Positions 51,161 through 64,000 of a DNA stretch of 64,000 bases are shown piece after piece. A program made the translations under genes and the position numbers. The notes below the pieces were generated by a model. It was not told the origin of the DNA, did no database searches, and saw only the letters and a list, made by a program, of their open reading frames with translations. Source of the stretch: Eledone cirrhosa (Eukaryota); the NCBI GenBank assembly GCA_964016885.1, contig OZ024742.1, forward strand, positions 151,838,001 to 151,902,000. Reading direction: 5' to 3'. Every line of letters begins with the position of its first letter. Position 1 is the stretch's first letter.

Positions 51161-54100
51161 TATTATTACTTTTTTTTTTTTTTTTTTTTTTTCCAATTCA
51201 ATGATGTTCCAGAACAATGTAAACGAGATAATTGCCAATTTGGGTTCTGGAACAAAAAAGATCATTGGCAATAAGGGCAGGGGCCCCAAGTTATCACAAC
51301 CTGGGCCCGCCCGTCATCGTGCCATTGTAATAGAGCCAAACAGGGCATTTAGTCTTGGCTGCTGGAACGTACGGACGCTGCTTGACAGGGATTCTTTGGA
51401 GCGTCCTGAACGAAGGACCGCTCTTGTTGCGAAGGAGCTTCGACGTTACGATCTTGACATCGTGGCTTTGTCTGAGACGAGGTTAGCTGGAGATGGTCAT
51501 CTTACGGAATTTTGTGGAGAATATACATTCTTCTGGAAAGGAAGAGATGAAGGAACCAGAAGAGAGGCTGGGGTAGGATTTGCTGTTAAGACTGTACTGG
51601 TGAATAAATTAGAAGAATTCCCAGTGGGGATTAGTGAGCGTCTTATGTCCATGAGAGTTCCGCTGGACAAGGGAAGATATGCTACCCTGGTGAGTGTGTA
51701 TGCTCCAACTATGAATTCTGTCGATGAAGAAAAACTGTCCTTTTACCATGCCTTGAAAGGTGTTTTAAGAAATATCCCTCAGGCAGACAAAGTCATCGTG
51801 CTTGGTGACTTTAATGCTAGAGTGGGTAGGGATTTTAACACATGGAATGTAATCGGAAGGCATGGGGTGGGAAAGTGTAACAGCAATGGTATGCTCTTGC
51901 TGCAGATGTGTGAGGAGCTGGATCTGTGTGTTACCAACACCATGTTCCAACAAAAGAACAAATTCAAGACCACATGGATGCATCCTGCATCTAAGGAATG
52001 GCATCTTTTGGACTACGTCCTAGTCAGGATGCGTGACAGACAGGATGTGCGGTGTGTTCGTGTTCTTCGTGGAGCTGAGTGCTGGACGGACCACCGCCTG
52101 GTACGCGCAAAAGTGAATCTAATCACCAAACGTAAAATCCGGGCTCCTGGTGTTACCCTGCCCAAAAGATTGAATGCTGCTCGTCTTAAGGATAAAAATG
52201 TGAAGAGGACATTGGAAGAAGAGATGCAGGCTGCAGATCTTGGTGAGGATTGGCCGACCCTTAAAAAGTCGGTTTATGATGTAGGCAGACGTGTTCTGGG
52301 ATTGGTGCAGAGAAAACATCAGGACTGGTTTAATGAGAAAGATGTGCATATAGATGACTTGTTGGCTGATAAGAGGCGCGCTCTGTCACGCTACTTGACG
52401 GCAAGACCACAGGAGAGGAATACGTTGCATGAGGAGCTCAGGGATGTAAAATCACGTGTTAGGCGGAGTCTTTCTCAGATGAAGGATCAGTGGTGGAGTG
52501 AGAAGGCTGGTGAGATACAAACTGCGTCTGATTGCAATAACACAAAGCTGTTGTACAGTCTCTTGCGTGAGGTTTATGGACCGTCTTCTTCTCTGGTGAC
52601 ACCGATTCGCAGCAAGGATGGCAAAGAACTTCTTCGTGACTCACAGGGAATTCTACGAAGGTGGCGAGAGCACTTTGATGATCTTTTGAATCAGCCGTCT
52701 GTCGTCGGTGAAGATTTCCTCAATCTCATTCCGGAAAGTCCTGTGAAAGTAGCTCTCGCAGAGCCTCCGACACTTGTGGAGGTTGCAGTGGCTATTTCGA
52801 AGCTGAACAGTGGAAGATCTCCAGGTATGGATGGCATACATGCTGAGCTCCTACAATATGGTGGTGAGAGACTCCTGCAACATCTTCACTCTCTGTTTGG
52901 AAGGATATGGGCTAATGAATCCGTGCCTGAGGACTGGAGAGATGCAGTAATGGTGGTCTTGTACAAGGGAAAGGGTAACAGGAATGATTGTGGGAACTAC
53001 AGAGGTATATCATTGCTTTCTGTCGTGGGGAAAGTTTTATGTAGGGTGCTTCTGGACCGTCTGCTGACACACATTGCAGATTGTGTCCTTCCTGAAAGTC
53101 AATCTGGTTTTCGTGTTGGACGCGGCACTACTGATATGATCTTCTCAGCTAGACAGCTCCAGGAGAAGTGCATTGAACAGGGCTTGGATCTGTATCAGGT
53201 TTTTGTCGATCTGACAAAGGCTTTCGATACTGTCAACAGAGATGCATTATGGAAGGTTCTCCAGAAACTTGGTTGCCCTGATAAGTTCCTTGCTTTAGTT
53301 AGGTCTTTCCATGACGACATGAAGGCTTGGGTTAATGTCGGAGGTAACATGTCGGAGCCTATCTCAGTAAAAAATGGAGTGAAACAGGGGGATATTCCAG
53401 CACCGACCCTGTTTGCCATATACTTTGCAATGGTTTTCTGTATTGCATTCAGGAATTGCGAGCATGGTGTTTACATCCGATATCGAACCTCAGGCAGCAT
53501 ATTTAACATCAGGCGCTTTGCTGCGAAGACAAAAGTATTTACATCAGTCATAAGAGACCTCTTGTATGCAGATGATTGCGATCTTGTAGCGCACACAGAG
53601 AGTGATATGCAGCACATTTTGAATGTATTTTCTGACGCTTGCACTGCCCTGGGTTTGACTGTCAGTCTCAAGAAAACCGTCGTCATGTACCAACCTGCAC
53701 CTGGTAGGCAGTACACTGAACCAAACATCTATGTGTATGGCAAACGACTTGGAGTGGTTGATCAGTTTGTCTACCTGGGAAGCACTGTCAATCGATACGG
53801 CAACCTTGACAGTGAAATCTCACTTAGGATTAGGAAAGCAAGTGATGCTTTCGGAAAGCTAGAAAGGCGACTCTGGGGTCGGCGAGACATATGCAGGAGG
53901 ACAAAGGTAAGGGTGTACAGGGCATGTGTACTCTCTTGTCTTCTTTATGCCTGCGAGACCTGGGTCACATATCGACGCCACCTTAAGCAATTGGAGCGTT
54001 TCCATCAGATGTGTCTCAGACGGATACATGGCGTTCACTGGAGGGACCACATCAGTGATGTCGAGATTTTGGAAAGCTCTATGTGTGACAGTATAGAAGC

Positions 54101-54754
54101 TCTTGTGCTTAAGCAGCGACTCCGTTGGAGTGGTCACCTTGCCAGGATGAAGGATTCTAGAATACCAAAACAACTCTTCTATGGAGAGTTGGTTAAAGGA
54201 AAACGACCGCCACATAAACCAAAAAAGAGGTATAAGGATTCCTTGAAGGCCTCTCTGAAAGACGCTAACATCTCTGCTGATACATGGGAAAATATTGCTG
54301 CTGATCGTAATAAATGGAGAAAGACTGTATATGAGGGAAAAGTTGCCTTTGAGGCATCTCGAATCGCACACGAGAAAGTAAAGCGGGACGTGAGGAAGGG
54401 TATTGCTGTTGCACTTCCAGACGGCGAGGGTCCTCCTATGTTTCTGACATGCAGCGTCTGTGCGAGACTCTGCCTAAGCAAAGCTGGACTCGAAAGTCAT
54501 CTTCGCAGTCATAAAGTAAGACCAGTGGTTGACTACCAGGCTGCTGTTGGAGATGCTACTCATCATGCTTGCCAAACATGTGGTAGAGAATGTAAATCAG
54601 CAGGAGGACTCAAGCGACATGCAAAAGTACACGAACTCCAACCACAGCCGACTATTCCCAGTAAATGTTTTGGTTGCCGACTCTGTGCAAGACATTTTGG
54701 ATCATTGGCTGGGCTAAAAAGCCACATTCGATCGCAGCACTGTTAGTTGCTATC

Positions 54755-54792
<38 letters not shown>

Positions 54793-54871
54793 GCTTATGT
54801 GCGTGCGTGTGTGTGTATATATATATGAATATGTATATTATTATTGTTGTTGTCGTTATTATTATTATTGC

Positions 54872-54929
<58 letters not shown>

Positions 54930-55051
54930 GTTATTAATGTATGTGTGTATATATGTGTGAGTGTATGTGTATGTATGTGTGTGTGTATATATGTATGTAT
55001 GTGTATGTATGTGTGTGTGTATATGTATGTGTATATATATATATATGTATA

Positions 55052-55084
<33 letters not shown>

Positions 55085-55107
55085 CTTTTTTTTTTTTTTT
55101 TTTTTTT

Positions 55108-55149
<42 letters not shown>

Positions 55150-55231
55150 TTATTTATTTATTTATTTATTTTTTTTTTTTTTTATTTTATTGTGCAATGG
55201 CCATACTCGATAACGAGGGGGCAGCCATCAT
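50823..55231 (+). mobile_element. Full-length RTE (BovB-like) LINE; 5' boundary uncertain
   Basis: 5' UTR, single ORF, microsatellite-rich 3' UTR ending gcagccatcat. Confidence 0.9.
51201..54746 (+). CDS. RTE APE-RT polyprotein with three C-terminal C2H2 fingers (1181 aa, open)
   Basis: WNVRTL, PERRTALVA, SETR, GDFNARVG, TDH, NYRGISLL, DLTKAFD, QG, YADD, YLGS; three CxxC..H..H fingers. Confidence 0.93.
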   Translation: MMFQNNVNEIIANLGSGTKKIIGNKGRGPKLSQPGPARHRAIVIEPNRAFSLGCWNVRTLLDRDSLERPERRTALVAKELRRYDLDIVALSETRLAGDGHLTEFCGEYTFFWKGRDEGTRREAGVGFAVKTVLVNKLEEFPVGISERLMSMRVPLDKGRYATLVSVYAPTMNSVDEEKLSFYHALKGVLRNIPQADKVIVLGDFNARVGRDFNTWNVIGRHGVGKCNSNGMLLLQMCEELDLCVTNTMFQQKNKFKTTWMHPASKEWHLLDYVLVRMRDRQDVRCVRVLRGAECWTDHRLVRAKVNLITKRKIRAPGVTLPKRLNAARLKDKNVKRTLEEEMQAADLGEDWPTLKKSVYDVGRRVLGLVQRKHQDWFNEKDVHIDDLLADKRRALSRYLTARPQERNTLHEELRDVKSRVRRSLSQMKDQWWSEKAGEIQTASDCNNTKLLYSLLREVYGPSSSLVTPIRSKDGKELLRDSQGILRRWREHFDDLLNQPSVVGEDFLNLIPESPVKVALAEPPTLVEVAVAISKLNSGRSPGMDGIHAELLQYGGERLLQHLHSLFGRIWANESVPEDWRDAVMVVLYKGKGNRNDCGNYRGISLLSVVGKVLCRVLLDRLLTHIADCVLPESQSGFRVGRGTTDMIFSARQLQEKCIEQGLDLYQVFVDLTKAFDTVNRDALWKVLQKLGCPDKFLALVRSFHDDMKAWVNVGGNMSEPISVKNGVKQGDIPAPTLFAIYFAMVFCIAFRNCEHGVYIRYRTSGSIFNIRRFAAKTKVFTSVIRDLLYADDCDLVAHTESDMQHILNVFSDACTALGLTVSLKKTVVMYQPAPGRQYTEPNIYVYGKRLGVVDQFVYLGSTVNRYGNLDSEISLRIRKASDAFGKLERRLWGRRDICRRTKVRVYRACVLSCLLYACETWVTYRRHLKQLERFHQMCLRRIHGVHWRDHISDVEILESSMCDSIEALVLKQRLRWSGHLARMKDSRIPKQLFYGELVKGKRPPHKPKKRYKDSLKASLKDANISADTWENIAADRNKWRKTVYEGKVAFEASRIAHEKVKRDVRKGIAVALPDGEGPPMFLTCSVCARLCLSKAGLESHLRSHKVRPVVDYQAAVGDATHHACQTCGRECKSAGGLKRHAKVHELQPQPTIPSKCFGCRLCARHFGSLAGLKSHIRSQHC

Positions 55232-55369
55232 ATGTATATATGTATATATATTTGTATATGTATGTATGTATGTGTGTATGTGTGTATGTATGTGTGTGTG
55301 TATATGTATATATGTGTATATATATTGTGTGTGTGTGTATGTTTATATATGTGTGTATATGTATATTTG

Positions 55370-55461
<92 letters not shown>

Positions 55462-55774
55462 TAAACGGAATAGAAAATGCTGACAAATTGTACACAGTTG
55501 AAAAATGGTTTAATTAGGAATAAAAGAGTATTAGTGATTGTATGGGTTAGTATTCAGTTGGGGTTTTAAGTTTTTAAGTTTTTACCGGTTGCACATTTCT
55601 AAATGCTTTTCAAAAATAATTTTGAGATAGAGTGTCCGTGCTGTTTGCTATATATATATATATATGTATGTATGGTGCCTTTTCCTTATATATGTGTATA
55701 TGTGTGTGTGTGTGTGTATATATATATGTATGTGTATGTGTGTGTGTGTGTGTATGTATATGTATATATTTGTT

Positions 55775-55817
<43 letters not shown>

Positions 55818-55872
55818 TTGTGTGTATCTGTGTGTATATGTATCTATATATATATATGTGTGTATATGTATG

Positions 55873-55926
<54 letters not shown>

Positions 55927-56051
55927 ATATATATATATGTATGTGTATATGTATGTATTTTTATACACATGTATATTTGTGTGTATGTATGTATGTGTGA
56001 GTGTATATATATGTGTATATATGTGTGTGTGTGTGTGTGTATATATATTTA

Positions 56052-56096
<45 letters not shown>

Positions 56097-56801
56097 ATAT
56101 GTGTGTATATATATATATATATAAATATATTTATATATGTGTGTGTGTTTTTATGTGTGTATATGTGTATGTGTGTTTATGGTTGCGCGCGAGTGTGTGA
56201 GTGAGTGTGTTTTTTTGTGAATGTGTCTGTTAATTTTTGGCATATAGTTGATTAGTTTAAGAGAAGTTCGAAGATAATTGTAAGATATGCACTCAGTAGT
56301 TTGAATCTGTCTACAGAATTCTCTAAACCTTTGTCACTTGGTAGAACCTTAATGAATTTAGCTTTTGAAGAATCTCCCTTTCCTTTAATTCTATCTACCA
56401 TGACTGACCCCCCACTGATCTTATAGACATCTGTTAGCTTAAGAGAAACTTAATGACAAGGAATGGTATGCCATCCGGAACCTGTTTATAGAATTCTGTC
56501 TGCCTTTGTTACTAAAAACAAAAATTAATAAAAATAAACTTTAGCTTTGTAGAATTAGCTTTTAATGAATTCCTTTTCTATCAACCAATGACCTACACCC
56601 ATCCCACTCCCCACCCTCTCCTACCACTTGTAGAGACCTATAAAAACCATATTTATTTTTTGATACCCAGATTCCTGATGATTTCTAAAGAATGAAACAG
56701 TTCTAGTCCTGTAGAATCTCATCTATATTAAAACTTTTATACTCTGCAATGTATTGAGTACCTTACTTACCGTGCTTACCTCCGGTTCAACCCGGAATAA
56801 C

Positions 56802-56850
<49 letters not shown>

Positions 56851-56964
56851 GTATATATATATATATATATATATATATACGTATATATATATATATATAT
56901 ATATACGTATATATATATATATATATATATACGTATATATATATATATATATATTTAGATATAC

Positions 56965-57053
<89 letters not shown>

Positions 57054-57103
57054 CATATATACATATATATATATATACATACACACACACATATATATAT
57101 CTA

Positions 57104-57167
<64 letters not shown>

Positions 57168-57174
57168 CGATATT

Positions 57175-57735
57175 AACAAATGGAAACTATATTTATAAAA
57201 CCATATTTATTTTATTATACATATTTCAAGGACACCACGTTAAATTATGGTGTGCTTTCATCAGACAAAATACAATATAGATCAGTTTTATAAATAAATA
57301 TTGACATACCCTTAAAAATGCAACCATTACTATTGGAAGCTCGCGGATAGTGGAGTTGTTTACTTATATTATTATTAGTATTGGATATTTTTATTTTTAA
57401 AATAAGTCGTTGGGTTACAGAGAAAGAAAAAGAAGGAGAGAGAGAGAAAAAGAGAGAAAGAAAGAAAAAAGAAAAAAGAGAGAAATGAGAGAGAGATACC
57501 AAAACAACAGAGAGAGAAAAATATAGAGATAGAGAGGAGACAGAGAGAAGGGGAGAGAACGAAAACACTAAGTCATATCTTGTTGAGTTAACTTAACAAT
57601 TGAGATGAAATGAATAAATATAATTAGAAATGTTAATAATCATGAATGGAATATACATATATAATATGAGAAATTAATCATCGTTGAAATATGATTAGAT
57701 GTTTAGTTAATCATTTAAAAATTGAGATCAATATC
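57175..57735 (-). repeat. Family B pLTR/3' UTR fragment with HHR at 57208-57272
   Basis: tattttgt-CTGATGA-aagcacacca..tggtgtcctt-GAAA-tatgta-TA-ataaaata. Confidence 0.8.
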
Positions 57736-57736
57736 G

Positions 57737-58630
57737 AAGGAAATGTGGTAAGGAGCCAGATGGACCATGACGCACCAAAGTACTGAATACTTAGAGTGGA
57801 AGAGTGGGTAATAGGAACATGTATGACCCCGACGGCAGAGCTCAAGCCGTTTCGACGGCTAATTCTGGACTAAATAAGAATTTTTAGCCTGGTAGATAAA
57901 TAGCCGAACATCTCAGGGGGTAATTCCATATATGGGAAGATAGTAATTGTCAAAAGTATTGGTCAAAAGTTTGTTGTAAAGACAGATGAATCTATCATGG
58001 CATTTAGTGGGAGGTATGGGTAGCTGAACTTGCCGGTAGAACAAAGAGGGAGTGGGGGAAACCCAGTCAAGAGTTGAAAGTGAAATCTATACAGCAGATT
58101 CTAAGGATGGTGTATAAAAAGGTCGAAAAAAGTGTACTGGAGAAGGGGAAGGGGGGAGTTGAAAGAATAGGTAAATCGAAAGGGAGTAAAGAAAAAAGCC
58201 ACTATAAAAATGCGGAAATAAATATATAAAAAACAATTACTGGCTACTATTCCATCCCCACAATCACCAGATCTCTCATTGGTATTGCTAAGCTATAGAA
58301 AAGTTTAATAGGTGGAGGAAAATGCTAAATACGAGATGTGAAGAATTTTATAAAGTGAAGAATTTTATAAAGCCATTTTTACAGGGGGTCTAACACCACC
58401 GCTATAGTTAGTAGTAATCAGCCAATACCATCTTACAATGACAGGTTAATAAGTTGAGGACAAACATACTAAAAAACTAATACGAAATATTAATTCAGAA
58501 TACTAATACATAAATACTAATACAAGAATACTAATGCAAAAATACCACTAAGAAATTTAGAAATCACGGAAATGGAGCAGCAACCAGAAAGGAAGCAATT
58601 ATCTGGGGTCTAACACATCTGCTATAAAAA
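57737..58630 (-). repeat. Family D repeat, second locus; HHR-like motif at 57827-57920
   Basis: Homologous to 27778-28520. Confidence 0.75.
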
Positions 58631-58689
58631 GCGTAATCGGCCACTTCTATCTTAAAATTAGGGGGGTGGGGTACTGACGCTACAGAGGA

Positions 58690-59390
58690 CCGATGGGCTG
58701 CATCAGGGTGGGCGAAAAGGTGAAAAAAAGACAATGTTTACCATTGACTGACCAACGGTCAAAAATACAGATATAATATAGATATAAACACATATATATA
58801 GTCTAACAAAGTTCTTTCGTTGCACATCTGCAGCATCGTCAGTGGTATTATTATGTTCCTCCTGTTGTATTGTATATCTACGCCATTTTTATTTTATCTG
58901 TTTATTTATTTTTGTCTCCTTCTCTGCGCATGCGTTTTCGTGTATGTATAGTGTTTGGTGTGTGTTCGCGTTTGGCTGACTCTGTTTTGGTTATTGTATT
59001 CTATCTTAGTTTACTAGTGTGTGTTTATATGTATTTGTTGTTATTGTGCTTTTGTATATATTTATTTATTTATTTATATTTCTCTTAAGTCAGTATTGTT
59101 TGTTTGGGTGTTGTTGTTATTCCATTCATTTTTTCTGTTTAGCTTTGGCCTTCTAAGTTCTATTTCACTTGCCTCTCTGATTTGCCTATCTGCTGAGTCA
59201 TTTGTATGTTTAGATATTATTTTAATTTCTATGTTGTCTATGTTACCGTCATGTTGTTGTCTGGCGTGTTCGTATAGTACTGAACCGTTTTTCCGTCCTT
59301 TTAATATTGTTGTAATAATATTGGCAGAAATAATAACAGAACACACTCACTGTTTGGTTGATTTTCGCTTCTGTATCTTTTATATCTCCA
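58690..59390 (-). mobile_element. PLE 3' fragment (GIY-YIG C-terminus) with a degenerate HHR at about 58803-58848
   Basis: SVLYEHARQQH..DRQIREASEI..PKLNRKNEW; CTGACGA..GAAA. Confidence 0.7.
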
Positions 59391-59612
59391 TATATATATA
59401 TATATATATATGCTAGAAAGAGTCGGGGCCCAATGGTTGAGCTCTCTTGCCATTTGGAGAACTAATTCCGGAATTAGCTGTTGAAACGGCAAGAGTTCAC
59501 CCGTCGGGCAACGAGTCTTTCTAATATTGTCACACTCTACTATCCCACGTATCGATCACTCTGTTGGTCTCACTAGTTTAAAACTGGTTAAATCCTTACA
59601 CACACATATATA

Positions 59613-59713
59613 CAGGTTGTCCCCCAAAATTGTATACACACTTTGATTACCTGTACAGGCAATATTTATTAGAATGCTGTTAAAGTGTGTATACATTGTT
59701 TTGGGACACTCCG
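59613..59713. mobile_element. Tc1/mariner-type MITE related to 6022-6098
   Basis: TA-CAGGTTGTCCC..tgtatacacacttt / aaagtgtgtataca..GGGACACTCCG-TA. Confidence 0.7.
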
Positions 59714-59794
59714 TATATATATATACATGTATATATATATAATATATATATATTATTATACTTTGGGAGGGTCATGCTGTCAAAAAAACACTTA

Positions 59795-60226
59795 TATATA
59801 TTTATAAAGTTGAAAATACACGGAAGTATATTTAAAGATTATTTTTTTCTTTAATCCGACAGAATGAATAATTTTATTACTGTTGCATTAAATATAACCG
59901 GTTTCGATTGGTATAACAATATTATCAAATATTAAATACTGAATATAAAAAAAAATGGTTTTCCATGTGTTCTGTGATGTATTCGAACTGCTCAAAGAAC
60001 ACCCGAAAAAACATGTTTTTACCTATTCAATAGTTAACTCCTAATATTTGATCAGATTGTTATACCAATGGAAATCGGTTATATTTAATGCAACAATTAT
60101 AAAATTATTCATTTTCTCGGATTACAGAAAAAATATTTTAAAAATATACTTCTGTGCATTTTCACCTTTTACTTTTTAATTATAACCTTCGTTTTGTGTG
60201 GAACATTGCCCCCTTTTTCAACTCAT
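59795..60226. repeat. Fold-back pLTR of a second Neptune-like family with two HHR copies (59891-59933 minus, 60043-60085 plus)
   Basis: Inverted arms; the end taaccttcgttttgtgtggaa resembles Neptune pLTR end 37968-37988. Confidence 0.75.
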
Positions 60227-60233
60227 ATATATA

Positions 60234-61528
60234 TGAGGTTTGTCCCAGACGTATGGGTACTGAGGTCGTTTTTAAATGTATATTAGACGTACATGAAATT
60301 ATAAATCATCTCCTTCAAAATACGACCGTCGGGAAGTTACATAGTGGTTCCAACATTTTCCCATTGATCATAACATTACCGTAAGTCCTTTTCTGTGAGT
60401 GTCCTTAGCTAGTTGGTTACAATTTTTTTGTATGTTTACCACCGTCCTAAAGTGATGATCCTTTAACTTCGATTTCAGCTTAGTGAACAGGTTGAAATCA
60501 CACGGAGCTAAATTTGGGCAGCAAGGAGGATGAGGAAGCGTGGAAACGTTTTTATTCGCCAGAAAATCTCTAATTAAAAGTCCCGTGTGAGCAGGTGCGT
60601 TAACGTGGTGCAGTACCCAATTTTTTGCAATGTCCTTTCGGACTCGCTGAAACCGTTTTCTAAGTCATTCCAGGTCATCTTTGTCCTGGAGGTAAAAAGG
60701 CTTTATGAACAATCACATGGCTGTCGAAAAAAATTATAAACATTGTTTTCACCCTTGATCTGTTCATGTGTGAATTCTTCGGATAAGGGGAATTTTTAAC
60801 GTGCCACTCCTCACTTTGCCATTTTTCTCTAGAATATATAAAAAAAAACCTCTGATTCATCCTCGGTTATTACTTTATCCAATACATTTGGCTCGATTTC
60901 TAGTCTTTCTAACAAATCCTGACAATTTCCAACCGGTTCCTTTTTTTGCCCCACAGACATTTGCTTGGGCACTTGGATAAATCTTTCGCATGTGAAAATG
61001 GTCTGATGAAATTCTGTGAACTGGATTTTGTTTAGCTAAGCCCGTTTCTTCGGCAATCTTCCTAGCTCTTCCTAACTAGACGATCTTTTCCCTTCGCCGC
61101 TAGCACCGGTTCCACATTTTTTTTTATTTGTTGACGAAGTTGGCCTTCGAGAACGAGGTTCGTCTTCAACATTTTCTCGTCACTCTTTGAAGCTTTGTGT
61201 TACTTAATAAAACATTACTTCTTGATAGAATGGTATCTCCATAAGCTTGTGTTAAAGAATTAAATGTTTCGGTGGCAGATTTGAACTTCCCACAAAATTT
61301 GATTGCTTCCTATTGTTCGAGATTTTCCTGCATCACAAACATTATAGAGGTCATAAACACATCCGTACATAATCAGCAATAACTCACGACTGACTCATTC
61401 GATTATGTGGAAACAAGTATGTACGTGCAGCCAAGCTCATAACAAACACGCCCATATACATTAGCGATGTGATGCGTTACCAGGTCGTACGTAGGAAAGT
61501 CGGTTCTCTTACTTTTGGGAAAAACCTC

Positions 61529-61529
<1 letters not shown>
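60234..61529 (-). mobile_element. Decayed mariner transposon
   Basis: TIRs (C/T)GAGGTTT.TCCCA.A.GTA flanked by TA; transposase remnants RSRVKTMFIIFFD..IVHKAFLPPGQ and HPPCCPNLAPCDFNLF (YSPDLAP motif). Confidence 0.88.
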
Positions 61530-61575
<46 letters not shown>

Positions 61576-61578
<3 letters not shown>

Positions 61579-62587
61579 GTAGAACACTGGAAGGTAATAT
61601 CCGTAGTGGTAGAACACTCAGTCCATGGGACGAGTTAGGTAGAAATGGTTACATAGAAACAGTTAGTTCACCATACCGAGAACAATTGTTTCACCTTAGC
61701 GGATCCTCAGCTCGTAATGGGCATGGTTATACGGATCAAGAAGGACAACCGTACGAACGCGCATGCGCAGAAACCCTTCACTTCACACAGGCAATACTAA
61801 AATGAGTGCGAGAGGTGTAAAGGAGATAACTGCGAAAGTACAAAACGTTTTTAGTTGATAAGAAAAAATATTGATGTTGTTACAATAATTCATTCAATCC
61901 GGAGCCTTATAGTTATGCAATATGTGTTTTGAGACGTGTGGACAACGTGTGAAAAATTCATTTCTCGTGTTCAGGCAATCACTATTGCATAATCTCTTTA
62001 GAAATACTTATTCGTTCGTCAATACACAGTCCTCACGACGGATTTCTCCTTGTGTATGGCTTGGACTTAGTGATGGCTTTCCATTGAATGGAGTAGTCTA
62101 TACTTGAGTCCTTGAGGGACCATACGTGGCTCGCGAGTTTCGTGGATGAACGTCTGTCCGGGTACATAAAGGTCGACTGATGGTTCAGGAAACGTTCCTT
62201 AAATCGTCCCTCTGCCATGCCCACATAGGATTTGACCTCCTGTGGTTGGTTTGGTCGGTTGGAAGTGACCACAGCTTCATAAATTACAGCTGGTCTGTTG
62301 CATTGCTGTTGAAGGGGGAAAGCTTCGGGCTTACGGCAAGAGCACCCTGGTGGGGTGTTGCTCCTAGGGCTGCTGGTGATGTGGGCCTTCATGTTCTTAG
62401 CGCAGGAGTATCCTAGTTTTACTTTGTGTCGGTTAAAGATAGAGCGGTATTTATGACCTATGGGAAAGTGTCTATCTAAGAGGGCTAGAAATAGACAAAC
62501 TATCTGGTTCTCTCCTCCCGTCTCACTCAACGTTAAAACCAATGTAGGCAAAACATGTCTAGCCCTCTTAGATAGACACTTTCCCAT
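61576..62587 (-). mobile_element. 5'-truncated Naiad-type PLE (GIY-YIG) with a short 5' inversion
   Basis: HKYRSIFNRHKVKLGYS, AVIYEAVV..YVGMA..FKERFLNH; 62460-62488 is inverted at 62559-62587. Confidence 0.85.
61677..61714 (-). ncRNA. Minimal type I HHR
   Basis: cgag-CTGAGGA-tccgctaaggt-GAAA-caattg-TT-ctcg. Confidence 0.75.
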
Positions 62588-63134
62588 ATATATATAAACA
62601 TAATCCTGCTACCTATGAAGACTGAGAAGTAAGTGGTTTGAAATGTCCAAATGTAACTGATAACCTTTATATGTTGTGATGTCAGAAATATTAGCTGTCG
62701 TCTATTTTTTAAATTGTGTTTACTGTAATTCCCCCTGTTGCAATTTCAAAACTCATAGTGTCCGCATTACATGTTTATAACTCCTAGGCTGCAAAATAAA
62801 AAAGAATGTACTAGCAATATAAGTTGATTAATTTCATCGACTGTCGTTTCTTTACGTTAATGCCTGCTCTCATACTCGATGACAATTCAAACATTCGTTC
62901 CACATTGGAAAGGTTTAATATGTTTAATACGCCATCGTTCTCTTGATTATTTGTCATCTCTCTCCCAACATTACTTTCCTGTATTTCAATCTTAATAAAG
63001 AAATTATTTTACGCATTTGTTTTAAAAGCCACTTCAAATATAAACGAAGGGACGAATTTACTCAAGTATTCATAACTTATAATCGATTCATAAATTAGCC
63101 ATGCAAAATATATTACGATTATATTTTGCAAATG

Positions 63135-63135
<1 letters not shown>

Positions 63136-63223
<88 letters not shown>

Positions 63224-63306
63224 ACACCCACACACACACACACACACTCAATCACTGACTCACTCTCTCGCACACACGCGCACACACACAGACACACACA
63301 CACACA

Positions 63307-63348
<42 letters not shown>

Positions 63349-63361
63349 CACATACACGCAC

Positions 63362-63396
<35 letters not shown>
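63136..63396. repeat. (CA)n microsatellite, representative of dozens of (TA)n/(CA)n/(TATG)n/(ATT)n tracts in the window
   Basis: Direct reading. Confidence 0.95.
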
Positions 63397-63401
<5 letters not shown>

Positions 63402-64000
63402 ATAAGGATATAAATGAGTGCGTTTTGTTTGCCGAAAGCTGGTCAGCTGCCTGTTTAAGGTTCCTTTTAGAATGTAAAATATAATGAAGCAGAGTTTTAA
63501 ATAATGGTTATTTTAAAATGCTGCTTTAATCTCACTACCTTGCAATAATTTAGTTCGTTTGTTTTCTTTGCCAACTCACAAACCTTCGTTCCTTTCCTTT
63601 GATAAGTTGAGCGTACGATAATCAAGACTTTCACATAAACCAACCAATCAAACAATCTCACCGCTTCTGGACTTGTGTAGCCATTTTAATTTACGTCGTC
63701 TATAAACTAGGTCAACATTAAGTCGGTAATCAGACTATGTATAGTAGGAAGGTCCAAAAATCGATGCAGTAAATTTGTTTGATCGCCGCTGCAAATAGCC
63801 TTTTAGCAACATCTACGTACATTAGTATGGAAATTCGATCACACGCTTTAAGACTCGAACAAAAAAGAAGTGTATTGACGTTTAATTATTTACGAAGTTA
63901 AACAAACGTGACCGACCCTTTTAAAAACTACAATTGAAATTTAACTAAATTTCATAAGCTATGATGTTTTTCAAAAGCACGAGGACCAATTTGCATATGA

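Noticed and set aside
62590-64000. Host gene exon or promoter
   Set aside because: No convincing ORF, splice pattern or recognisable motif; small exons cannot be excluded without RNA data.

Overview
Gene-free, AT-rich eukaryotic DNA made almost entirely of nested transposable elements inserted in (TA)n/(CA)n microsatellites. The SINE types and microsatellite load resemble a cephalopod (Octopus-like) genome; this is inference. Most short ORFs in the track (IYIY/CVCV/HTHT) are microsatellite artefacts. Real content: at least 7 Penelope-like element (PLE) coding regions or fragments (Neptune-, Naiad- and Penelope/Poseidon-type), three RTE-type LINEs (one with an open 1181-aa ORF), a non-autonomous bipartite RTE derivative, a decayed Gypsy LTR element, a decayed mariner, two Tc1-type MITEs and tRNA-derived SINEs. 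About 25 type I hammerhead ribozyme (HHR) motifs from about 12 repeat families were read by eye. Main highlights: (1) an apparently intact two-ORF Neptune element whose ORF1/RT overlap carries an HIV-like U UUU UUA GGG slippery site in register for a -1 ribosomal frameshift; (2) hammerheads with a compensatory U3-A8 core in two Neptune-type repeat families; (3) non-coding tandem units with one HHR each (retrozyme-like, 469 and about 660 bp); (4) a PLE copy that looks like an exact circularly permuted monomer. All coordinates were read manually and may be off by a few bases.
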